Assembly (NCBI GenBank): GCA_000708835.1
Contig: DF237042.1
Coordinates: 1-64,000 of the forward strand
Length of the DNA stretch: 64,000 nucleotides
From: Klebsormidium nitens
Lineage: Eukaryota; Plantae; Klebsormidiophyceae
Direction: 5' to 3'
Shown: piece after piece, positions 24,722 to 37,340 of the stretch
Position numbering within the stretch: position 1 is the first letter of the stretch
Layout of the letters: each line of letters starts with the position of its first letter
The notes under the pieces: generated by a model
The model's input: the letters and a program-made list of their open reading frames with translations, nothing else
The model's database searches: none
Told to the model about the DNA's origin: nothing
Translations under genes and position numbers: made by a program

Positions 24722-27700
24722 TCAACCGGCTTCCCCAGGAGTCAGTTTTTTGTACGTTACTAGTTGCTTCATTATATGCGCCAAGAGCGCCTTGGCTGTA
24801 TGAACGCTTGCTTCCTCGGACGCGCCAATTCCCTGCAACCACGTGGCAATGAATGAGCACACGTCACACACTAACTGATGCAACGAGTAAGGGGAGAACA
24901 ATGTTGGAGGTGGGCGTTGAGGGTTGGGAATAGATCACATGTACGACATGACCAGATTGAGGGACTTCGTTTCCAGACAGAAGCAGGTGTCGATATTTTG
25001 AATGAGCGAGCATGCAAGCTTTTCCGGCCCGCCGTCGTGTCACAGCACCACATAACGGACCAGAAGGCCATGGAAGGCGTGGTTCTCCTTGCAACTCTTA
25101 CCTTGGGCGTTACGCCGCAGATCGCCGAGCCTTCTATTGCATAGAAAAGCAGATCTTCCTCCGTCCCCTCCAGACACTGCAAAACGTAAAGTCGATCAGG
25201 AACGCCGTCCGCATTGCAATACTCCCTTATGCTAACAAGCACCACAGATACAGAAGAGACAGAAAATTTGTCAAAAGACATGGAGACTGTTCAGCACCAC
25301 GAGCGGAGAAGAGCAGGGCCCGTCGACAGACTCGGTCTACAGCCCAGCATGCAATCGTGGAAACAAAACGGCCAGACTGCCAGGCAGCGAGAGGGTGCCG
25401 CACCTTGTTGGTGAGCGATGCTAGCCGCACGGCCTGGCCCGCAAAGGACTCGTCCAGGTCGAAAAGTTCGAGAGCTGGGGGGGGAGGCTCGTGAAGGGCG
25501 GGCGGGAACACCGCGGGCTGGAGGGGCGGAAGCGGCGTCTCGAACTGCATGGCAGCGAGGAGCAGCGGTCCAAGTCAGCCGGCGAAACACTCAAAAGGCC
25601 CCCAATGGCGTTGAAGAAAAGAAACTAAGAGCAGATAGAAGCTTTTTCCCGCTGTCATGAAAACTGGGGATCGTTTCCGTCGGGTGAGGCGACTGGTAGC
25701 GGGAAGACCGTAAGACCGAGTCGGAGGACGACAGCAATGGTCGCGAGGCCGCCTTGAACTTCAGGGATCCGGGACCCCGCCAGCTTCTCAAGATTTGACG
25801 CCCCGCTCACGTTGGGGTGGATGAGCGTGAGCGGCGCGTGCTTGACGGCGAGCTTGGCGTAGAGCTGCGTGGCCTCCGGGATGAGCGCGGTGTCGAGGCC
25901 GAAGAGGCGGTCCTGCACGAGCGCGGGCAGGTCGCGCGGCACGTCGTCGCCCTCCTGCAAGCACGCGCGCACACGCCCCGCCAGCGCCGCCATGTCCGGC
26001 AGCGACACCGCCTCGCCCGACACGTCGGGCTCCTCCGCGTCGCGCGCGTGCAGCTGCGGCCACGGAGGAACGCGATGAGGACGAGACTCGCAACAGAACG
26101 GTACGCACGGGACTTCCGCCGGGTATCATGAATCGGCCGGAATCCGGTGCGTTCTCCACCTTTTTGCGTTCCTCGCCCTCTTCCTGGCAGCCGCACAGAG
26201 AGTTCCTCTGCAAGAGCACCCCCCCAATCCGGGAGAAGCGGCAGCGGGCTAAAAGGGGACGAGAATTTGTACTGGGCACCTCTTCATGGTAATTTCTTTA
26301 TTCAACATAGATGCAAAGGGTCTCTTTAGACCTGCGGGCTCCTTGTTGGCCCTGCTTTGCCGCTGCAAACGTGCCGCAAACAGCCGTGCTCTCATAAACC
26401 CCGAAAGGTGACTGCGGATGTGCCTTGCAACAAAGCGGCATCTCTAGAGGGCTCGTCTGGAACGGCTTGCCAGTCTCTCCCTGGCCCCTCGCCTGCCGCA
26501 TGCCTAGAAAGCAGCCACGGTTCTTGAAAACTGACCACCCGGCCAGTCAAATAGTCAGAGACCTTAAGTGTGGCGCGCACCTCGAGTCCGCCCTCGGGCA
26601 GGAGCCAGCGGAAGAGGAAGTCAGCAAGCTTGCCGTTCTCCTCCTTGTCCAGCCACGCGTCCGAGAACATGAGCGCGCTGCCCAGCACCGCCACGCGGCC
26701 CTGCCCCGCCTGGCCCTGCCACACCGCACCTGCAGCGCAGCGCACGTGCAGAAGCGGTGAGGCAGACACGTGGCGAAAGGGAGTGGTGAGACGCTTTCCG
26801 ACTCAGGAAGTAGGTCGACCCGCTTCCAGAGTCCGCAGACACACCGGAGCCAAGACAACGTCAATAGGAGGGACTTTTGTCGAGTGGGCGGAGCCCAGCG
26901 GAGGGCTCGTCACAAGAAAAGGGCATATGGCCAAACTTGCGATCTCAGATAACCCACAACTTCCTGTCAAAATCCAGCTTCAACCAGCCGCACAAAAGGC
27001 AGGTCTGTCTCTCCTGCACTGCATCAGACTGGGAACTTGGCGCGCGCGCGTCCTTACCAATCGGGCGGTGCATTGGGTATGCAATCTTGCCGGTGGACAG
27101 GATGGGCACGGCCGGCCGTTGTACTGTGAGCGTGCATCCCTGCGGGTAGACCAGCGGCAGAGCGCCGCTCGCGCTCGGGCCGTGGCCGTCCACGCCGCCC
27201 TCGTTCAGCCACCTGCCAACAACAAAGAGGAGCTTACGCCCTGAAGCTGCCTGCTGCAAAAGTCTCGATACAACACCAACCGACAACAGTTGATGAGGCT
27301 AGCTTGAAGTTTGCCATGATCTGACACTGGTGAGTGTGGGCAAGGTCGCAACACTTACTTGGCATGCTGCCCCCCGCTTAGAGTGCTCTCCCCTCCTCGC
27401 CCAGATCTGCCGCCGCCCTGCCAAGTGACCACACATTGGGTCAGAAACCCCGAATTTTATAATCATTGTGAGAAGATTACACACAGCTGACTGCGTGGTA
27501 TGCTGTCTTTCGTCAGAATTCAATGGCAACAATCTTGCTGTTTCCAAGACCCGTGTATTTGCAACTTTATAGCTGAAACACGCTGGCACAGCAACCAACT
27601 TCTGGTTTGACAACATAGTTCTGCACATTCTCCATCTTGCAGAAGCAGCTCGGCAGGGGTGGCTCACGGTGGCAAGTGCGCGGTTGAGCAGCCCGTCGGT

Positions 27701-28563
27701 GATGAGGACCTCCTTGGGGTGGGGGTACTTGTGAAACACGGTGCGCACCACGCTGTCAGCGTTGACCGCGATGCCCAGCCCCTCTGTGACCGCATTCACC
27801 CCGCTGCCCGCGCGCTCGTCGCCGCCCTCCCCCACCAGAAACAGCAGGCTGCCGCCCTCCGCAACAAAGCGGTGCAGGACGTCCACCTGTAGATGAACAG
27901 TGCAGACAGCTGGCGATGTTACACTGTGAGAGAAAGAGCTACGCAGGTCTTTGATCAGCAAAGAAGCTGGAGCCAGCACTGCAAAGGGGCATACAGGGGA
28001 CATTGTCTCATCCTTGTTCAGGCACTGCTGGAGCTGGCAACTTTACGACTGTAGGGCTCTTAGCATCTGGAACGGGCCAGTACCGGCTGGGGCTGGCAAA
28101 CGCCAGCTCCTGGCTCTCAAGGACAACAGGCTTCAGGTATTTGCGCGCCGAACATGAGCGCACTTGCCTCCGTTGCAGAGAAGTCCTCGCGCGGGCTCCC
28201 AAAGACCACGATTGACGCATCCGCCAGTCGCTCCGCCGTCAGCTCATCCTTGTTCCTGCACGCAAGAAAGCCTCAGGACTCTTTCCTCCAGATAATTCAC
28301 CTGATTGCAAAACCACTCGCCTGCAACCCAGCCACTTGGCAGTCCTTTTCCAGCAAAGCAGACCACTCCTCAACGCTATATCTTTTTGATATGAGTCCTA
28401 GTCATGTGGTGGAACCACGTTAAGCAGTTTTCAGGAATCTAAGAGTATGTTAGCTTTGGAGGCCGATCCCGGTGGCAGGTGAGAGGGGCTTACTGCTGAG
28501 CTTTGAAGATACCCCGTAAGCGCCGCGAGAGTTGTTTGAAACCACTAGTGGGTGTGTATGTCT
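24722..28563 (-). CDS. IFT52: Intraflagellar transport protein 52 (first exon not firmly located; candidate ATG at 29168)
   Basis: Exons encode SGFKQLSRRLR, FGSPREDFSATE|VDVLHRFVAEGGSLL..VNADSVVRTVFHKYPHPKEVLITDGLLNR, LVYPQGCTLTVQRPAVPILSTGKIAYPMHRP, VLGSALMFSDAWLDKEENGKLADFLFRWL and FETPLPPLQPAVFPPALHEPPPPALELFDLDESF. Stop is at 24722. Confidence 0.93.
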
Positions 28564-29222
28564 CTGGACAAGGAACAAGTAGCAATGTATTAGAAGCCAC
28601 AGTGTATCAAGTTGTGTGCAGTATGACAAGCATGATGGCCTCTTGGCCATGTTTGCTGGGTCTCAAAGTAGCTTCAGTACTTTTTGGGAACTGGAGTAGG
28701 ATACCCCAACTTGCATACCTTCTGAAGGAAGGAGCAAGCTGCACATTGTATACTCAGCATACAGGTGCTGCGCACAGCACTCAATCTACTCGCAATTGGC
28801 GTGCTCACCTCTTTTGACTGCATCGAACAGGACCAGCACCTCCCCCTCCCCAGCTGACCCATTCATGGGGAACACATCCGGCCCCATGCAGTGAGAGCCA
28901 CACCTTACCCTGCCAAAGTTGCAGCTGCACTGCGAGACTCACAAGAGCTTCTCCCAAGTGCTCCCCAAGCCAGCTCCCTGGACAGCTCGCTCGAGTTACC
29001 TCATCAGTCTCCCAAGGCTCAGTCAAAGCATTCAACAGGCCTCAATTTGATCAATTGTCCACTTTGCGTGTGGCTCACTTAAGCTGGACATTTCGATTCT
29101 GGGCTTCCCACAGCTGCCTCTTTGACCCTTGCAAAGCGTAGAGCTGTGTCCGCCTTGCTGCCCAACATTCTGACTTCTGTGCTGAGCTTGTGCCAATTGC
29201 ACTGTGCTGGCCAGCTTGCATG

Positions 29223-29231
29223 AAACCCTAA
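29223..29231 (+). promoter_or_regulatory. Telo-box (AAACCCTAA) just upstream of IFT52
   Basis: Exact AAACCCTAA motif in the presumed promoter/5' leader region. Function is inferred from plant telo-box literature. Confidence 0.35.
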
Positions 29232-30776
29232 ACGAGGTTGGTGTCGTTTGATTCGGACGTTGACACTTCGATCGAACGCGTCGGACTCGAGAGTGCTCGG
29301 CCCGGGGGGCCTGCGCCGAGGTTCAATCGGACGCTCTGGATCGAGTCACGGGAGACCTGCGCGGCTCCGCGCAGTGCCCCGGGGTCAGCGGGCGCCGGCA
29401 CGGAATAGTTGTGTTAAAGGACCGGCGATATCCGAGTACCGGTCAAAGTTGCCGTGCGCGGCCGCCGGCGGGCCCCGCGCACGCGCAGACTCAGCCGCCG
29501 CCAGCCTAGCTTGGCACATCGGCACGCAAAATACAGGAAAACTACGCTGCTGCACTAGTAGCTGATTAGCAGTACTGCCAGCTTAGGAAGGACAGAGCCC
29601 TCAGCCAGGGCCTTTATCCTGACGTACTCACGTACGTACCTACTTCCACCGTTTGGTTGATCTCGAAGTTCGAAAGCTCTTCAAAAGTGTAAATGTTGTA
29701 TGCGTACAGCAATCTAATAATATAATCTATCAGAAGGATTTCACTTCGTCATTTAGCTAGTGATGCAGCTTCCTTCTCGCATGCGGAAATGCATTCAATG
29801 ATGTCATGTGCACGAACCCTGCTCGATCGTGGACGGTGAGACGCGGTGATTGCACACGTTTACTTCTATATTTCGAACCGTTGAACCATTCTGGGACCAT
29901 TCTGATCGACCAGCCATGAACCACTATGAGCTTGAATACCGTATGAGATCAGTACCTTCACTACGTTCCTCGCTCACTGAGACTTCGACGTCAGACAAGG
30001 TGCACCGTGATGCTCGCTAGAAGTTCATTCGCTCATCTCGGCGTGCCATATACTAGTCTTTCGGGCTCCGAACTTTGCATCATGACGACGAGGGAAGAAT
30101 CAGTATTAGGGACCGCGTATACTAACCAGTCAATGATGCGGCACGAGGTCAAGCCAGACGGGCCGCAGGCGGGCTGATTGTGCATCTGCTGATCTGCACA
30201 TACACGTCACATATGCAAAGTCTGGCCCGAGCTATAGTCGAACATGGCCAGAAAACTTCAGCGCGCGTGGCAGCGTGGATGTGACTTATTCACAAATCAT
30301 TAAACAGACACTTTACATTCCAAGCTTAGGCTGTCGAAGCAGTTCGAGGCAGTGATTTGTTCAATGAAAAAGGGTTTGGAGCTTTGAAAGCTTTGCTTTT
30401 TGGCTTTCTAGTCTTAGAACTCGTGAATACGTGAGGTTCAATGGTGATGGAAAGTATGACTGCGGTTCCAACACTTTCATGATCTGTTGAGCTGGTATTG
30501 AAATTATATGTTATTGCCAAGCTCAATAGCACACTTGAAAATCTCAGACCGTAGGTGATTGACATTAGTCTGGAAAACCCCTCAATGCTTTGAAGACTCA
30601 GAAAGCAACTTGTACTCCCATATGGTTGCGCGATTTCAATGGACAACCCTCCTTATGCAATAGATAGTGGATAGAACGCGTGAACGCTCTCAATCTTGCG
30701 CCTGCAACTGCTAACGCTCTCGTTGACGCTTAAATGATTAAGATTATATTGGCCAATCAGTTTACCAGAATACTTG

Positions 30777-32079
30777 TCAACGTAGGCCCCCGACGTACCG
30801 CCGCGGCACTCTCCGGCCAATGTTACATACAATCTCGTAGCTGATGGTCCCTGCCCACTCCGCCACTTCCGCGGCATCGATGCTCGCCCCCTGCTGCTCT
30901 CCCAACAGCACCACCTCATCCCCTCGCGTCACCCCAGCCACGTGCGTGACGTCAACCATGCAGTAGTCCATGCACACCGTCCCGACCAGCCGTGCTTTCT
31001 GCCGGCGCACCAGCACATAACGCTTTGTTGCTCAGCGCGTGCATATACCCATCACCGTAACCAACCGCCAGCGTTGCGATCTGGCTGTTGCGGTCAGCAT
31101 ACCACTCCGTCCCATAGCTGACGGGCTCTCCGGCCGGGAGGGTACGGACCGCAACCACCTCGGTAGTCCAACGGAGGGCGGGGGCCAACTTTAATGGGCA
31201 GGGTTTACCCTCTAGAGGATCCAACCCGTAAAGCGCTAACCCGCAGCGTACCAGGTTTGCGCCCGCTTTCGGCAGGCTGAGGGCGCCCGGGCTGTTTGCG
31301 AAGTGTAACCAGGCCAGGTTAAGCCCACAGGAGGTGGCGATCTCCAACGCTTCCCGCCACCGGTGAAGCTGCATCCGGTTGAAACCGTCGCTGGGGCTAT
31401 CCGCGTTTGCGGGGTGCGTCATGAGCCCATCGATGCTGACGTTCTTGAACCGCGCGACGCTCTTAACGAAGGCTGCCAGATCGCGGCAGGGCACGCCCGC
31501 TCGCGCCATCCCCGTGTCCACCTCCACGTGGACCTTCCACGTGGCACCCGGCCTCACAGCCGCTGACAACGCCTCAAACTGATCCACTGTGCACAGCACC
31601 GGCGTCAGATCGAAATCCACCATCATTTCGTAGGCCCCCTCGTATGTCTGCCCCCAAACGAGGATCGGAGTCTCAATCCCCGCTCTCCTGAGTTCAATTG
31701 CCTCTTCCACGAGTGCCACGCCCAGCCATTCCGCCCCTCCGGCCACCAACGTTCTGGCGACCGGAACCATTCCGTGCCCATAAGCATCGGCCTTGAGTAC
31801 CGCGCACACTGCCGCACGCGGGGCCACCTTCCGGACCACCCGCAAGTTGTCCGCAATCGCGTCCAGGTTGACAGTCGCGAAGCAGCGCCGAATGGGTGCT
31901 GGGACATCTTGCTGCGACGCTTCGAGGGGGTGCACTTTTGCTCGCGCCTTTTGAGCATTCGCTATCGAAGTTTGGGCACCTTCTTCCTGGCAGAGGCAAG
32001 GATTGAGATGTTCCACGGCTGAGATTGACGTCCTTTTGATGTCGAAAAAGAGCCCAATCGGCATCGCATCGTACACCAA
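30777..32079 (-). pseudogene. alr: Bacterial-type PLP-dependent alanine racemase, intronless core, with one +1 frameshift at ~31020
   Basis: ORF 32079-30952 has ATVNLDAI, the PLP-lysine motif AVLKADAYGHG (K at 31792-31794), LGVALVEEAIELR, VDTGMAR, GLMTH, VRCGLALYG, the catalytic Tyr in GEPVSYG (31114-31116) and LAVGYGDGY. The C-terminus YVLVRRQKARLVGTVCMDYCMVDVT..GDEVVLLG..GTISYEIVCNIGRRVPRRY* continues in another frame to 30777. Family assignment is secure; pseudogene versus sequencing error is not. Confidence 0.9.
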
Positions 32080-34796
32080 TGGCTACTGTCCAGGATTGCT
32101 TGGATAACGTAATTCCAGATGAAATCGCAGTCACGCCAGCGGGCTTGCTCTCGTTCAGACTTTTGAATGGCTCTGTTCCTGGCTGAACATTCCTTTGCAT
32201 CTTCGTTTGTCTCCGGAACCAGCTGAATTGGCAAATGACAGCAAGCATACAAGCAATGATTAAGGAAAGACTTCAAGCCCAGATCAAAACAACAAAGTTC
32301 GGGCCTCTATTGAACTGAACCTCCTGAGCATATACACAATGAACTCCACGTTGTCGACCCAGCCAATACAAACGAGAGAGTGTATGCAGATTGGGTCGGC
32401 AAAAGACGTGCGCACCAGAAGTTCTACGGGACTCACTCAATCAGGAACACCCTTTCTGACTGCGCTCGAGCTACTGACAAGCCTTGACAAGATTCCTTTC
32501 CTTCCCTCCCTTTTCAAATGGCTACTCAACCACTGCCATCTGTGGGTTACTCTTCAAGAACACAATTTTGGATCGAGACAATCATGAGTCCAAGAGCACA
32601 CGCCAGCTATACAATCACTTCGATCAGGAATCCGACCTTCAAACTTCACGAGCCGCGCTGCCCAAAGTTCCATTCAGTCGCTTTAAGTCTTGGCTCACAA
32701 TGCTTGCTTACCCCCCTTTGTGCCGCCTGCAGCGCTTCTTGCTCGCCATCCTGCATTTGTTCACACAACATCGCAGACTGTACTGACGTCATGGTGGCAG
32801 CTCAAAGGTGCTCAGACTGCATAGGCCTACTCCTGCGCTGCTTCACCCTGGACCATGCTTCCAGCTCAGGCACTAGGGTCAAAGCTTAGACTGTTACGAT
32901 GCCCAGGTTCAACATACCAGTTAATAGTGCTTTCTCGTTCCTAACCTGCCGTGCCTTACACGTGGTGATTTGGGGCTTAATCTGCCCAAACTAAATATCT
33001 ACTTGTGCTGGAGGTGACTGCTGGGCATGATCACATTCAAACGAAAATCTGATGGGGAGCTGCATGAGCTGATGGTGACCATATAAGCGCCACATATGCG
33101 CTAGCTTGCCGGCCCATCTTGAGGTTGTCTGACAGATGCTAGCTAAGCACCTTCCAAAACCGTACCATATTCTGCAAGGATCCTGGGCAGAAAGAACTCA
33201 GCAGCTCACAGCCATTGTCGCATACGCAGCTTTTGACTTGACTCTCTCAAATGAGAACGCAAGCAGAGTCGAAACACCAGAGTCCGTCGGACGTGAAGCG
33301 TTACACAGCGCGCCTGCCTATATATTGATCACGGTTCAAGTCAGCCAATGATCGCGCCAAAGTGCTTGGGGCCAACATTAACCTTGTGACCTTAGCATGC
33401 TTCTGTACTGCGCCCTTCCTACCTAGTAGTATATATTAGGTACGTATACGCATGGACTCCGTCATAGATGGCTTCCAGCTGCTAGCGACCGTTGCTCATG
33501 TTTCTCATAAGCTTTGACCTTTTGCTAGATGGCAAGACAACCTATAAGGTAAGGCTAAGTCAGTTCTGCATGCATGTTGCATGCGACATAATGCAGCGTC
33601 TCTGCAGCATGCATGGTGAGTTAGCTAGCTGGGAATCTCTTTCGTAGACTGGCCGAGCATTGAAAGCGGCAATGATTGCCTCGGCAGCAACTGCAGCGGA
33701 GCCCGTACGGTCGGTGATCAACACGGTCGGAGATGGGCGTACCGTACACAGGCCGCGCGCTGCTTTGACCGTCTAACCTCTGCTCGAGAGTAATCGAGAT
33801 AAGGAGTCAGTGAGACGCCTTCTCCTTACCAGTTTCCGACTCGTTCCAGTCGGAAGTTCGATTTCAGGTTCCGGAAGGGGTGCTTTGTCTCGAGATATTG
33901 GAATTTGGAGCCCATTTGCATTTGACGGCAGCTTTCTTTGTTGGAATATGGCGCTGTGCCAATCTGGCGCTCGGGCGGCCGCGTTGGATTGAATGGATTT
34001 CGAGGTCGCCGTAATGCACCGTGGCCTTTCCCAGGGGCTGCTATGGAACGAGGGCCGGAGGGCGATGATCGGATGATTACTCTAGCCCTGTACGTGCAAC
34101 CGTTTCAAGCCAAAATTTTGGTCCAAAAAAGGGGTTGTCGATCAAAGGTATGCAACTGGAAAAGCTGACGTACCATCAATTATCTTAGGAAAGATTGCAC
34201 CTGTGTAGGAGTATGACTTGATCTATCCCGCTAGGTCTGAAACGGGTTACCCCCATACATGTTACACGCCTCGAAGAGCGATCAGAACATGCCACCATTC
34301 TGACAGATTGTACACTAAGCCTAATATACAGGATCGACCGAGAAGTTCGACGCAAGCTTTGAGTTGGCCGCCACGTCCACCATGATATGTACATTCCATA
34401 CTTGGAACAATTCCTCGAGCGATCATTTTGGAAAACGTCATTTCAGTGGTTGGACGCTTTGCAGCAAATTCTCATTACGTACAGCTGTGCCAGTGGTTTC
34501 GGGACAAGTCTTTGGAATGTGGAATATCTCCCTCTTCTTTAATCGTGCTCTGTTCAACAGAACGGTTCGCCAATTTATCAGTATTTCGATCATAATAACT
34601 ATGACTCCTTCGTGGCGCACAACCTGGTACAACTACCTATGATTTTCAGAATCCTTTCGCTGGCAACACAGTCCAACGTTCAAACAATGTCAGCGCTCTC
34701 TAGTTTCTTCGAGCTTATCTTGGCTACGCGTGTACGGCATCTAGCCTGATCTCAGCCGCCCGCGTGGCAACTGGGCACGGCTTGTGCAGTTACGAA

Positions 34797-34823
34797 ATCC
34801 AAATCCAAATCCAAATCAAATCA
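34797..34823. repeat. Short (TCCAAA)n-type microsatellite in the PsbS 3' region
   Basis: aatccaaatccaaatccaaatcaaatcaa read directly. Confidence 0.6.
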
Positions 34824-34908
34824 ACGCACGAGCATTACTACCTACAAAGCCCCCTGTCAAACTAAATCTCAAACACGCTACTCGCCCAAAACTGCCGTTG
34901 TAGCTCTT

Positions 34909-37340
34909 CTACTCAAGGTCGTCGTCGGTGATGAACTTGCCAGAGGCGGGCGAGATCGCGGCCACGCCGAGGGCCACGATGAAGAAGCCCAAAATAGGGT
35001 CGATCTCGCTCAGCGGGATGCCAGTCTCGATGTTCAGTTGCGCCAACGCACCTTTGCCCGTCAGCAGCTCACCCAGGAGCGAGGCCTGAACGTTCGAGAG
35101 GGGGAAGATCAGAAACGAGATGTATGTAAGCAATGCCAGGAAAGCTCCGATTGGCGCTTATATCTCTCGTCTTCAAGAGACGACTAATCTGTCGGAGGAA
35201 ACGGTGCATTCCACACTGTCGCCTCAAGTGAGAAGGTCTCGAGGTGAATAGACCTGCTCGGAAGCAGTACGTGAGCAAGCGACTCAGCAACAATGAGACG
35301 GGTCCACTTCCCTACTGTGGATGCCTGGCTTGGACCTGCCCTTCATCGCGATAGTGGACTTGCTCAAGTAGAACAGAGCGACTTCGCATTCCTCAATCAT
35401 GCTTTGGCGGCGCGCACACTCACCACGAAGCCGAGCTGTGCCATCCTGCCGACGAAGAGCTCGTTTGCCTTGGTGAAGCCGAAGACGGGCCCCTTCTCGT
35501 TCAGGCCCAGCGCCGCCTTGAAGCCCTTGCCGGGCTGGATGACCGCCTTGGCCAGGGCGGGCTTCGTCTCGTCGATGAAACGGCCGCGGTCTCCTAGAGC
35601 CTGCACGATTACAAATTAACTTAGACACAAGCTGTGGATTAAGTATTTTAGTTCCTGCTTAGCTTCGAGGCGTTAGCGAGGGATCAACTTGGGCACACTG
35701 ACCAGACTGATTTTGAAAGTCGCCCACGATCATTTTGGTAGTCGTCTTCTGCCTTTGACGGTAGTGGCATCATCGAGGTTGAGCTGCATCTTACAACGTC
35801 TGACACCAATCAGAGCGCACAACGTTTCTGAGCTCTGAATGTTCAAACAGCCTTCGGTGATTGCACGTTGATTGGCGCATCACCAGTCTTGTAGCATCGT
35901 AAGTCGACTGCCAGCTCACCCCGATGGCAATGAAGACGTTGAAGAGCAGGAAGAAGCCGATGAGGGGGTCAATCTCGTTAAGGGGGATCCCAGTTTCGTA
36001 GCCGAGCTGGTTCAGAATTCCTTGCCCAGTCACCAGCTCCCCAACCAAGGACGCCTGCGTACACAGAAAAATGGTTAGGCCACCGGCACTCATATCGAAG
36101 GTTGCCAGACTTTCTACTCGCTTCTCCAAATCCTTTGCGCAAAACGACTCGCCTTTTAGAGTCTTGCCTATTGCAACGGACATCTCCGCACGCTTGCATC
36201 TTTCAAGTGTTGACATTAGTGTGGCTGTTACTACCCATTCAAAAGCAACATGACGAGCTTGATCTACACATTGTGCCAGAATAGCTACAGATTGGCTGGC
36301 CAGTGCTCAATTCTGCAAAGACTGGACTGTCAGGAGGTGTGCCGGCCTGGCAGTGGATGAAAGGGTGCTGTCTCACCGCAAAGCCGAGCATGGCCACCCT
36401 GCCCACAAAGACCTCATTCTCCTTGGTGAAGCCAGTGGAACCAGAGGTGCCGAAAATGCCGCTCTCCACATTCTGCACGCACGAGCAATGAAATGACAGG
36501 TTAGAATGCGTGTTCTTTTCCAGGATATGACAGAACAACTAGACAAAACCAGCTACTATACACATTGCAGTTGACAGTCAAATGCGCAAGCTTGTGGCCA
36601 AGCACTGGAATCATTGTTGACCTGTAATTGGCTGGCACTTCATGAAATATTACACTTACCCCTCCCTTGGTGAGCTTGGCTGCCCCCTTGGCAGCAGACT
36701 TAACGGACCTGGTTGCCTTGGCCTGCACAGCAATTGAACAACCTGGTAAGGTACTGCTGACTGACAATCTCCCCACGCGTTTTCTGTAAATGCAAGCAAT
36801 GACGGGTGGCCAGCTGAACAGAGTGCACTGAGTAATGCACAACATGTACCCGGCCCAGTTTACCACCTCTAACCAACCCTGGGCCACCATTCTAGGAACT
36901 GTGGAGCTCAATTTTCAATAAACAAGTGCATTACCCATGCTTTGCCCTTGCAATGCCCCTCTCCAACATATTTATTGGTCTTTCAGCTTGACCAACTCTT
37001 CTCGCCATGGCTCTGAATCTCTCGGCTGCCTTCGAGTATGCCATCTCAGTGCAATCCGAATTGAGCATCTGGAAGACCAGCCTTTGAGAAATGTCCTTGC
37101 ATCACAACCACCCGTCGGAGTGTTTTGATGACTCACCGCTGCCCTCTTGCCGGTGCCAAAAATTGCGGTCACTGTCAACAGCGCATAGCCACTGGTGGAG
37201 GCGGCTGCGCAGGAGCGCTGGCGGGCGCTCAGCAGCGGGGCGGCAGAGGCAATGCTGCTGTTAGAGGACAGCTGGCCCACTTGAGCAGGGGCAACCAGCT
37301 GAAGAGATGTGGCGGCGCGAGCGGCGATTGTGGAAGCCAT
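34909..37340 (-). CDS. PSBS: Photosystem II 22-kDa subunit S (NPQ pH sensor), 6 exons, ~283 aa
   Basis: Exons 37340-37137, 36722-36660, 36472-36377, 36054-35920, 35600-35424 and 35085-34909. Ala/Ser-rich transit peptide, then the duplicated GFTKENEVFVGRVAMLGFAASLVGELVTGQGILNQLGYETGIP and GFTKANELFVGRMAQLGFVASLLGELLTGKGALAQLNIETGIP motifs. Confidence 0.97.

Noticed and set aside
29100-29168. Candidate IFT52 first exon MLGSKADTALRFARVKE
   Set aside because: Resembles the expected N-terminus but needs a weak GC donor and a shifted acceptor, so it was not included in the gene coordinates.
31010-31030. Programmed ribosomal frameshift in alr
   Set aside because: No slippery heptamer or obvious stimulatory structure; mutation or sequencing error is simpler.
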